NCBI GenBank assembly: GCA_009787915.1
Contig: WQSK01000002.1
Coordinates: 1-60,802 of the forward strand
Origin: Bacillota bacterium
GTDB lineage: Bacteria; Bacillota; Clostridia; Christensenellales; UBA1242
Direction: 5' to 3'
DNA length: 60,802 nt
The position numbers and the translations under genes were made by a program. Below are positions 35,201 to 42,538 of this stretch, in pieces (the stretch's first letter is position 1; the number at the start of each line of letters is the position of its first letter). Below the pieces are notes generated by a model. The model was not told the origin of the DNA. It saw only the letters and a list, made by a program, of their open reading frames with translations, and searched no databases.

Positions 35201-35929
35201 ATGGCAACTTGGAATTGCCCAGGCTGTGGTAAAGAGATAATTGGCGGGAGCGAAGGTACGTGGATTTGCGGGAACTGTGGCACCGAATCAAGCATGATGG
35301 GTGCGGCGGGAATGGAAGTCGGTCTTGCGGTCGCAAAAGTGGTTTTCAAAATTTTGTTCCTACCGATAACTGGTATATTCATGACAAAGAATTTTTTCAA
35401 AACAAGTAAATCCGCTGGATGGATGATGCTTGTGGCTACATTACTTTCATACATTGGGTTTTTACTTTTGTTGCCGTTCACTCCGTCACCATTCCATAAC
35501 TTTTTGGCTAACTTGATTGTGGCAGGTCCTGTATTGATTGTTGCGTGTATTTTGGCTGCGATTGCAAAACGTAAAAACAAAAAACAACAAGAATTAACCG
35601 CTGCTCATGCCCAAGTCGCCGTGCAAAAAGCAAAAGAAGAGCGGGAAGCAAAAGAAAAAGCCGAGTTCGACGCGTTACCTGTTGAAGAGTGTCCTGCAAA
35701 AATCATCGACAAAAAGTGCGAAACAAAACACACGGGTGAAACCGACACACATTACTCAAGGTCTTTCGAGATTTACAAATTTACACTTGAATACAAAGGC
35801 GGTGAACGCGACTGCGAAGAAATTGAAGAGAGTACTTATAACAAATTTGTTGTTGGTGACCAGGTTATTATCTCTAAAAAAGGTGGTATTATGGTCGACA
35901 TTAAGGTCAAGCCGAAAGCCAAGAAATAA
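35201..35929 (+). CDS. Zinc-ribbon membrane protein with C-terminal beta-rich (DUF2500-like) domain
   Basis: MATWNCPGCGKEIIGGSEGTWICGNCG, 3-4 TM helices, a charged linker, then ...FEIYKFTLEYKGGERDCEEIEESTYNKFVVGDQVIISKKG. AGGAGG lies upstream. Confidence 0.6.
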   Translation: MATWNCPGCGKEIIGGSEGTWICGNCGTESSMMGAAGMEVGLAVAKVVFKILFLPITGIFMTKNFFKTSKSAGWMMLVATLLSYIGFLLLLPFTPSPFHNFLANLIVAGPVLIVACILAAIAKRKNKKQQELTAAHAQVAVQKAKEEREAKEKAEFDALPVEECPAKIIDKKCETKHTGETDTHYSRSFEIYKFTLEYKGGERDCEEIEESTYNKFVVGDQVIISKKGGIMVDIKVKPKAKK

Positions 35930-35979
35930 TAGAGCAGTAATACTCTTTTTAAAAATAAATTTTTGTGCAATAATATCTC

Positions 35980-36906
35980 ATGAAAAAGATTCTGGTCGAA
36001 TGTGCGCCAATGGCGGGCTATACAGATTTGGCTTTTCGCCGAGTTCTGGCAGACCACGGCGCCCAGGTTTTATGGACGGAAATGGTTTCTGTGGCCGCAC
36101 TTTTTTATGATAATAAAAAGACAAAAAAACTTTTGGAATTTGACTCTGGGAATCAAACAGACATAAACGGGAAGTCCGACCCTAAAAATCCCCCAGTAAA
36201 GAACGTGGTCCAAATTTTCGGTCACAAACCAGAACATTTCAAAAGCGCAATCGAGGCAGGTCACTTTGAAGGCTTTGATGAAATCAATATAAACATGGGT
36301 TGTCCTGCCTCGAAAATTATAAGGAACAAAGAGGGTTCCGCACTTATGTCTTTCAACAAAGATACGGGTGCTGAACCCATGTTTGTGCAAATAATCAAGA
36401 CTTGTGTTTCTGCCGTGCGGGGTTTGAAAACACCAGTTCCTGTATCCGTGAAAATGCGCCTTGGCTTAAAATCGGGTTTTGATTATGTATCTTTTGCAAA
36501 AGAATGTGAACGCGCAGGGGCGGCCCGACTTATCGTACACGGTAGAACCGCCGACATGATGTACTCGGGTGTCGCCGATTGGAAGGCTATTGCCGAAATC
36601 GTTAAAAACGTAAAAATTCCCGTCATTGCAAACGGAGATATAAAAACCCTCGGGGACGCAAAACGTTGTATTGAACAAACAAGTGCGCACGGGGTAATGG
36701 TTGGCAGAGTACTTTTGCAACTTTATCGAAAATATTTACACACAAATATACGAATACTAAGGGGTGAGAAAATTCTTAAGGACGGCGGAATTGAAAGCCC
36801 AAAACCCACGGCGACACAATTTTTGTCGGGGGATAATAGCCCTATTGTGTGTGACCATGTGTGCCACAACATTCGCAGGCTTCTCGTGGGCGTCGACCCC
36901 GAATGA
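35980..36906 (+). CDS. tRNA-dihydrouridine synthase
   Basis: VECAPMAGYTDLAFRRV, INMGCPASKI, RLIVHGRT, and IANGDI followed by GVMVGR. The last roughly 48 codons overlap the VanW gene and look non-Dus-like, so the 3' end is uncertain. Confidence 0.8.
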   Translation: MKKILVECAPMAGYTDLAFRRVLADHGAQVLWTEMVSVAALFYDNKKTKKLLEFDSGNQTDINGKSDPKNPPVKNVVQIFGHKPEHFKSAIEAGHFEGFDEININMGCPASKIIRNKEGSALMSFNKDTGAEPMFVQIIKTCVSAVRGLKTPVPVSVKMRLGLKSGFDYVSFAKECERAGAARLIVHGRTADMMYSGVADWKAIAEIVKNVKIPVIANGDIKTLGDAKRCIEQTSAHGVMVGRVLLQLYRKYLHTNIRILRGEKILKDGGIESPKPTATQFLSGDNSPIVCDHVCHNIRRLLVGVDPE

Positions 36907-37972
36907 TGCGTATTTTACATTAAGCCTCCCTAGCCGTACAGTACACGTGACCGACGATTTGTTGCGCGGTGGCTGGTGGAACGCACGCGAACAACGCGCA
37001 ATATACGGCGGGAAAAACCTTTTTGAGTTTTCAAAAGACCTATGCTCCCGAAACCCCGAGAAAACAATAAGGGAAAGCCTCCCCGATGTTTGGATGTTGA
37101 TAGAGAAACTTTGCCGTGAATCCCACACGACCCCAAGCGACGGAATAATTATCTTTAACCCAGATGACGAGGAAAAATTTGATGTATCTGGACAAAGATA
37201 TGGCTATGGCCTCGACCGCGCCAGATTGTCCCGTGATATTTTGTCTGCGTTAAAGTCTGGGCAACACCGTATAATCCACGTCCAACAAAAAATGGTAAAA
37301 CCAACCCCCAAGAAAGATATGTTGAAACAAATTTGTTTGCGTGGGGGGTATAAGACATATTTTAATTCTTACCCAAATCGCGAGCACAATATAATGTTAG
37401 CACTTAAAAAATTTCATGGTCTTGTGATTGCCCCAGGCCAAACCGTGAGTTTCAATCAAACTGTTGGTCCGCGAAGTCAAGCCCGTGGTTTCAAAGAAGC
37501 AAAAATCATCATGGACGGCGCGTTCATCCCAGGGGTAGGAGGTGGAGTCTGTCAAGCCAGCACGACCTTGTTCAACGCGCTTTTGTTGGCGGGGGTACAG
37601 ATTGACAAGTCATACAACCACTCGCTCCCAATAACCTATGTGCCGCTTGGGCGTGATGCAATGGTTTCGTCCATGGCGGATTTAAAATTCACAAACGACA
37701 CGGGGGAGGCGTTATATATAGAAACAGAAACCGTTTTTGCTTCTGGCTCAAAACACGGACACGCAAGGGTGACAATCTATGGTGCAAAACCACGTGTTAA
37801 ATACAAACCGCGCGTTGTAATGGTTTGCCCAACCCAGCCTTGCGTCGATTCTGAAACCCCAGACGATGTTGAACCCAAAAAAGAACCACGCCGAACTCGA
37901 ACCTATTTGGACACATACAAAGACGGCCAACTTGTGCAAAGCAAACTGGTTAGAAAGAGTTCCTATAAATAG
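36764..37972 (+). CDS. VanW-family protein
   Basis: N-terminal TM helix. GGGVCQASTTLFNALLLAGVQIDKSYNHSLPITYVPLGRDAMV is the VanW core. Confidence 0.75.
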   Translation: MRKFLRTAELKAQNPRRHNFCRGIIALLCVTMCATTFAGFSWASTPNDAYFTLSLPSRTVHVTDDLLRGGWWNAREQRAIYGGKNLFEFSKDLCSRNPEKTIRESLPDVWMLIEKLCRESHTTPSDGIIIFNPDDEEKFDVSGQRYGYGLDRARLSRDILSALKSGQHRIIHVQQKMVKPTPKKDMLKQICLRGGYKTYFNSYPNREHNIMLALKKFHGLVIAPGQTVSFNQTVGPRSQARGFKEAKIIMDGAFIPGVGGGVCQASTTLFNALLLAGVQIDKSYNHSLPITYVPLGRDAMVSSMADLKFTNDTGEALYIETETVFASGSKHGHARVTIYGAKPRVKYKPRVVMVCPTQPCVDSETPDDVEPKKEPRRTRTYLDTYKDGQLVQSKLVRKSSYK

Positions 37973-37994
37973 TTTTTTGTGCTAAACTTCCAAT

Positions 37995-38738
37995 ATGGAA
38001 GCATGGGTAATAGTCCTGATTGTTTTATCGGTCCTGGGGTCGATAGCGTGTTTTGGCCTACCAATATATTATGGCAATCAAAAATTAAGCGGACAAACGG
38101 GAGAAAAATATGTTTCACGTTACCTACAGAAACTGGGCTGTGGCGAAGTAATCAACAACCTAATCTTGGAACACGCCGAGGGTAAAACACGGCAACTTGA
38201 CCACATTGCGGTGTCCGCAAAAGGCCTTTTTGTAATTGAAACAAAAGACCGTTCAGGGATTATCTACGGCGAAGAAAACTGGCATGAATGGGTCCAAGTC
38301 ACAAAAACAAACGAGTACAAATTTTATAACCCAATAAAACAAAATTCAGGACAGGTCCGCGCCATAGAGTACTTTCTTAAAAACAACGGCTTTCCAAAAG
38401 TCCCAGTCTTTGGTTTTGTAATCTTTTTAAACGGTGAAGTTTTTACCAAGACCAAACTTGCAGGAACTTTTGTCGGTTTTATAAAATACTTCCAGTGCAA
38501 AGACGATATTTTGACCCCAGATGTCGTGGATGAAATCTATAAAAAGTTGCAAGCCGCCAAAGATAACAGCACAGTCTCGGGCAAACAACACACAAAGAAC
38601 GTGAAAACTATGCTGGATAAAATCGAGAACAACATCTGTCCAAGATGTAACTCAAATCTCGTGCCGCGCAAGGGAAGATATGGAGAGTTCTATGGGTGTT
38701 CAAAATATCCCTCGTGTAAATTTGTCAAAAAGCAATGA
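37995..38738 (+). CDS. NERD-domain protein with C-terminal topoisomerase-type C4 zinc finger
   Basis: TM helix, QLDHIAVSAKGLFVIETKDRSG (NERD core), and CPRCNSNLVPRKGRYGEFYGCSKYPSCKF. Confidence 0.75.
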   Translation: MEAWVIVLIVLSVLGSIACFGLPIYYGNQKLSGQTGEKYVSRYLQKLGCGEVINNLILEHAEGKTRQLDHIAVSAKGLFVIETKDRSGIIYGEENWHEWVQVTKTNEYKFYNPIKQNSGQVRAIEYFLKNNGFPKVPVFGFVIFLNGEVFTKTKLAGTFVGFIKYFQCKDDILTPDVVDEIYKKLQAAKDNSTVSGKQHTKNVKTMLDKIENNICPRCNSNLVPRKGRYGEFYGCSKYPSCKFVKKQ

Positions 38739-38756
38739 GTGTGATATCGTTTTCAT

Positions 38757-39458
38757 ATGACATTGCAACAAATAAAAGAAATTTTCGAAAAACACGCCAA
38801 CATTGAACTTGGGTTGCGCGACACAAAATATATGCGTAATTTGTTTCCGCACTATGGCGTACGTGCCAGCGACCGCGACAAATTGTTTAAACCGCTTTTT
38901 GATGCCAAAGACAACCCAATTGATTGGGGGCTTGTCCAAGGTTTGTGGGATGAACCAATGCGCGAAATGCAATACATCGCCGTGTGGTATCTTTGGTGCA
39001 AGCGGGCGCAACTGACAAAAGCCGACCTGACAACCTTACGAAAGTTCGCCCAAGTCAAATCCTGGTGGGATACAATAGACGGACTTTGCGTAACAGTAGG
39101 CAATATTGTTTCGAGGGATGAGAGCACAAAACAAATCATGCTGGATTGGAGTACCGATGAAAACTATTGGATAAGAAGGATTGCTTTGCAACACCAACTG
39201 TATTTCAAGGCCAAAACTGACACAGAGTTGCTCTCCCAAATAATCAAAAACAACTTCGGTGAAAAGGAACGGAGCAATCCATCTGCGGACGGCAAAAACC
39301 AAGAACAGAACCGCGCGTTTTTTATTAACAAGTCTATTGGTTGGGTTTTGCGCGAGTTTGCAAAGACCAACCCCGATTGGGTTCGCAACTTTGTTTTGGA
39401 AAACAAAGATAGCATGGCGAAACTTTCAATACGGGAAGCCACCAAACATTTGAAATAA
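38757..39458 (+). CDS. DNA alkylation repair (AlkD-like HEAT-repeat) protein
   Basis: MRNLFPHYGVRASDRDKLFKPL, WIRRIALQHQL, NKSIGWVLREFAKTNPDWVRNFV. Confidence 0.75.
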   Translation: MTLQQIKEIFEKHANIELGLRDTKYMRNLFPHYGVRASDRDKLFKPLFDAKDNPIDWGLVQGLWDEPMREMQYIAVWYLWCKRAQLTKADLTTLRKFAQVKSWWDTIDGLCVTVGNIVSRDESTKQIMLDWSTDENYWIRRIALQHQLYFKAKTDTELLSQIIKNNFGEKERSNPSADGKNQEQNRAFFINKSIGWVLREFAKTNPDWVRNFVLENKDSMAKLSIREATKHLK

Positions 39459-39512
39459 ACGTTTGCTTTATTTAAAAAGTGGTGATAAGATGGCTTTTGT
39501 ATCGGAGGAAAT

Positions 39513-40562
39513 ATGAATACAAAAATCATTTGCACAATCGGACCAAAAACAGGTCAATCCAAAGAGTCCTATCCAATCATGGAGGCTCTTGCCAAGGCAG
39601 GCATGAACGTTGCCCGCATTAACTGTAGCCACGCTTCGGTTGAAAACATCAACCAAACAACCGCGAACGCACGTATGGCATCAAAGAAAACAAAAAAAGA
39701 AGTACTTGTTATGCTCGACACAAAAGGCCCAGATGTAAGGTTGGGGACCTTTGGCGAGCCATTCGTTACCGTTGAAGCGGGTCAAAAGTTTACTTTTTAC
39801 TTTGGCGACAAGTACAAAAACCACGTCGGGACAAAAGACGGTGTCTATGTTCAATACGACAAATTCCCAAGCATTATCAAGGTTGGTGCCGACATTCGTT
39901 TGAACGACGGACGTTTGGCTATGACCGTAACAAAAATCAAACCTGACATGGTCGAGGCAAAAGTTGTTGAAGGTGGAATCCTTAAGGACAAAAAAGCCCT
40001 TGCCGCACCTGGTTATGATTTGCAACTTCCATTTATCTCGCCCGAGGACGTTATTGATTTCGAGGCGGGGGTAAAAGCAGGGGTTGATTGGATAGCAGCA
40101 TCCGCGGTCATGCGTGAGAGCGATATCACAGAACTTCGTGCTCTTTTACAAAAATTGGGTGCACCGCACATCAAAATTATTTCTAAAATCGAGGACCGTT
40201 TGGGTCTTTCAAACCTTGACGCGATTATCGCCGCCAGTGACGGAATCATGGTTGCGCGTGGCGGTCTTGGTACTGATATCGGTTTGGATAAACTCCCTGC
40301 TGTTCAAAAAGACATGATTAAACGCACCCGTGCTGCTGGTAAAATCATCGTTACGGCAACAGAGATGATGGAATCTATGATGGACAAACCAAACCCGACC
40401 CGTGCCGAAGCCTCGGACGTTGCAAACGCGGTTTGGGATGGAACAGACTTTATTATGTTCAGCGGCGAAACGGCCGCAGGAAAATATCCTGTTGAAACCG
40501 TTGAATGGGCATCAAGAATCGCCACCGAAGCCGAAAAATCCAAAGACCTTTACAGGGTTTAA
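39513..40562 (+). CDS. pyk: Pyruvate kinase, A+B domains only (349 aa)
   Basis: TKIICTIGPKT, MNVARINCSHA, LDTKGPDVRLG, ISKIEDRLGLSNLDAIIAASDGIMVARGGLG, TATEMMESM, SGETAAGKYPVETV. Ends about where the C-terminal domain normally begins. Confidence 0.85.
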   Translation: MNTKIICTIGPKTGQSKESYPIMEALAKAGMNVARINCSHASVENINQTTANARMASKKTKKEVLVMLDTKGPDVRLGTFGEPFVTVEAGQKFTFYFGDKYKNHVGTKDGVYVQYDKFPSIIKVGADIRLNDGRLAMTVTKIKPDMVEAKVVEGGILKDKKALAAPGYDLQLPFISPEDVIDFEAGVKAGVDWIAASAVMRESDITELRALLQKLGAPHIKIISKIEDRLGLSNLDAIIAASDGIMVARGGLGTDIGLDKLPAVQKDMIKRTRAAGKIIVTATEMMESMMDKPNPTRAEASDVANAVWDGTDFIMFSGETAAGKYPVETVEWASRIATEAEKSKDLYRV

Positions 40563-40580
40563 TTACAAGTTTGTTTTCAA

Positions 40581-40613
40581 AAAAGGGTGGTTGACTTTAC
40601 CGCCTTTTTTTGT
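40581..40613 (+). terminator. Intrinsic terminator after pyk, overlapping the next promoter
   Basis: AAAAGGGTGG-ttgacttta-CCGCCTTTTTTT. Confidence 0.5.
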
Positions 40614-40619
40614 TATATT
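40591..40619 (+). promoter_or_regulatory. Sigma-70-type promoter TTGACT-17-TATATT, 7 nt before ATG 40627 (leaderless)
   Basis: Read directly from the sequence. Confidence 0.55.
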
Positions 40620-40626
40620 ATTTGTA

Positions 40627-41337
40627 ATGGATAATATTAAAGAACTTTTGACTTTGGCAGAGGGTCGTATCAGCACACAAGCCAAACTGAAAAACATTGA
40701 AAGAAACTTCAACTTGTTTTTGTCAAACTCGGATTTTCTCACAAAAAACCTGTGGGTATTGAACCAGTCCAACCCAGAACTCGGGAAACTTATGTATCAC
40801 CTTGGTTCGTTCGCGCCCCAAGTATATGCCCAGGGTTTAAGCGAAGCCTTTAAACGCAGCAACAAACCATATGACGCGCGCGTAGTCAAAGTGGTCGACG
40901 GAGATATTAACTTGCAAGAGGGCTACTACGACGAAATCCGCGGCCGATTAAAAGCGTCGAGAGAAAACGGGCGTGCAATATCTTTGTCAGAGAGTGTTTA
41001 TATTGGCAAAGAAAATCTAATTGGAACCATTAAAAACGGTGAGAGTGTTTTTACGAACTCTTATTTGGACGAAGAAGAATTGGACCGCGCAATTGATAAC
41101 CCTGCGACCCTTGAAACCCTAGACCGCCCTATCTTCCCGTTCGATGCCCAAGGCAGGGCTTGCTTGTTTGCATTTTTGAATGGGTATGATGTACCAACGA
41201 CATACAAAAACCACATATGCCCAAAAGTAAAAGTGCCAAATAGCCGTCTGCACAAAGATTTTATAAACTATGTCACCGCACGACAAGTTGACAAAAATAT
41301 AACCGACCTAGATATTGACAATTTTGATTTTTCGTGA
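40627..41337 (+). CDS. Hypothetical 236-aa protein, paralog A (pairs with 44442-45149)
   Basis: MDNIKELLTLAEGRIST...NPELGKLMYHLGSFAPQVYAQGLSEAF...DNPATLETLDRPIFPF... Shares blocks with paralog B (DPELAQFMYKIGSFNAEKLAEYLNESF; NDPATLMGIERRIYPF). Confidence 0.6.
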   Translation: MDNIKELLTLAEGRISTQAKLKNIERNFNLFLSNSDFLTKNLWVLNQSNPELGKLMYHLGSFAPQVYAQGLSEAFKRSNKPYDARVVKVVDGDINLQEGYYDEIRGRLKASRENGRAISLSESVYIGKENLIGTIKNGESVFTNSYLDEEELDRAIDNPATLETLDRPIFPFDAQGRACLFAFLNGYDVPTTYKNHICPKVKVPNSRLHKDFINYVTARQVDKNITDLDIDNFDFS

Positions 41338-41343
41338 TATAAT
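41315..41343 (+). promoter_or_regulatory. Perfect-consensus promoter TTGACA-17-TATAAT, 6 nt before ATG 41350
   Basis: TTGACA 41315-41320, 17-nt spacer, TATAAT 41338-41343. Embedded in the 3' end and stop of paralog A. Confidence 0.6.
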
Positions 41344-41349
41344 AATAAC

Positions 41350-41433
41350 ATGAACCAAAGTTGCAAATTCAAAGGAATTGGACTTCACCATCACCATGTG
41401 GGCAAAGCACCGCATGGTTTTATCTGTAACTAA
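41350..41433 (+). CDS. Candidate leaderless His-rich leader peptide (27 aa)
   Basis: ATG AAC CAA AGT TGC AAA TTC AAA GGA ATT GGA CTT CAC CAT CAC CAT GTG GGC AAA GCA CCG CAT GGT TTT ATC TGT AAC TAA translates as MNQSCKFKGIGLHHHHVGKAPHGFICN. There are four consecutive His codons plus a fifth. Confidence 0.55.
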   Translation: MNQSCKFKGIGLHHHHVGKAPHGFICN

Positions 41434-41458
41434 TATTATTTAAAACGAACCATGTGAA

Positions 41459-41493
41459 ACCGCTTTGCCGAAACACCGTGCAAGGCGGTTTTT
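41459..41493 (+). terminator. Intrinsic terminator of the candidate attenuator
   Basis: ACCGCTTTGC (41459-41468) pairs with GCAAGGCGGT (41480-41489) over 10 bp including one G-U, followed by a T-run. Its 5' arm can alternatively pair with GGCAAAGC at 41401-41408. Confidence 0.65.
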
Positions 41494-41548
41494 AGTTGTC
41501 GCAACTTTTGGTTCAAAAAATAAATTAAAATTTAAGGAGAAAATAAAA

Positions 41549-42538
41549 ATGAATAATCTTGAAAAAATAAAAAGAGAAAGTAATAAGAAAACGTGCGGCG
41601 TCATATGCCCGCGACAAGAAAAAAAGTGCAAGACGAAATACGGTTTTGGATTCAATAGGGCATCCCTTTTGGATTTCGGTGTTATCGAAAAAGAACCGAA
41701 ATACTGTATTTCAACGGAGGACGGAGCCGAAATAATGGATGCATGGAATGTAAAAGGGCGAAAACCTCTTAGCCCCGAAGAACTTGACGAGGTGGTTTTG
41801 AAAAACAGGAAACTTACCCCAGAGTACATGATGAAGATAAAATACGGGGCAAGACTCTCCGTTGCCCTCCCAAGCGGAATAATGATAGGGAGAGCATATG
41901 AACTATTTGCAAGGGCAGGACTTAGGAGTCGCGATTTTGAAGAAAAGTTCGACGATAAAACCTATGAATACCAAGGTCCCGAAGCGGTTTTCAATGTAAC
42001 AAAACCAAGCGACGTACCCCAAGCAATCGACGGAGGCTATGACGACTTTGGTATCTGTGGATTCGATTCAAAACGCGAATACGAACTCTCGAACATCACC
42101 CCAAGCGGTGCTATGGCGGGTCGTGGATTTGTATCGGATTTTATACCCGACTTGGGACTTTGCAACATGACGTTTAAGGTCTGTGGTCTGCCTGAAAATA
42201 AAAAGAAATTCGCCGAACGCCTCAAAAACGGTCTGCCAATCGTCGTTGCAACCGCATACCCCGCGATTGCAATGGACTATTTGTCCAAAAAATACCCGAA
42301 CGCAAGATTCGACATCCGAACATTAAACGGCAAAGTCGAGAGTGCACCCGCCCGATACGGCGACGATGCAATTTTTGAAATTGTCGGCACAGGCGCGGCA
42401 CTTGAAGCCAACAGACTTGAGGTCTATAGCAACGCTATGGACAACCCAACACGGCTCTTGTTATCACGTGTAGCAATCCGAAAAGACCCACGTATAATGC
42501 AAGTTGCCGAGAAGATTAAAGAACAGGTGCTTTCATGA
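41549..42538 (+). CDS. hisG: ATP phosphoribosyltransferase (HisG short-form)-like protein with a roughly 105-aa N-terminal extension
   Basis: AAGGAG lies 8 nt upstream of ATG 41549. LSVALPSG..., KPSDVPQAIDGGYDDFGICGFDS, VVATAYPAIAMDYLSKKYPNARFDIRTLNGKVESAPARYGDDAIFEIVGTGAALEANRLEV align block by block with short HisG as I recall it. The N-terminal Cys/Lys-rich extension is unassigned. Confidence 0.7.
   Translation: MNNLEKIKRESNKKTCGVICPRQEKKCKTKYGFGFNRASLLDFGVIEKEPKYCISTEDGAEIMDAWNVKGRKPLSPEELDEVVLKNRKLTPEYMMKIKYGARLSVALPSGIMIGRAYELFARAGLRSRDFEEKFDDKTYEYQGPEAVFNVTKPSDVPQAIDGGYDDFGICGFDSKREYELSNITPSGAMAGRGFVSDFIPDLGLCNMTFKVCGLPENKKKFAERLKNGLPIVVATAYPAIAMDYLSKKYPNARFDIRTLNGKVESAPARYGDDAIFEIVGTGAALEANRLEVYSNAMDNPTRLLLSRVAIRKDPRIMQVAEKIKEQVLS

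Noticed and set aside
36764-36906. 143-nt overlap between dus and the VanW gene as possible programmed recoding
   Set aside because: After GVMVGR the Dus frame no longer resembles Dus proteins, and another frame stops at about 36759, just before the VanW GTG with a GGGGTGAG SD-like sequence. An indel or a naturally short Dus C-terminus is a simpler explanation, and I cannot distinguish these without reads.
41465-41548. Track start (TTG 41465) for the hisG-like ORF
   Set aside because: It would begin inside the terminator hairpin. ATG 41549 has a spaced AAGGAG SD, so 41465-41548 is treated as untranslated leader.
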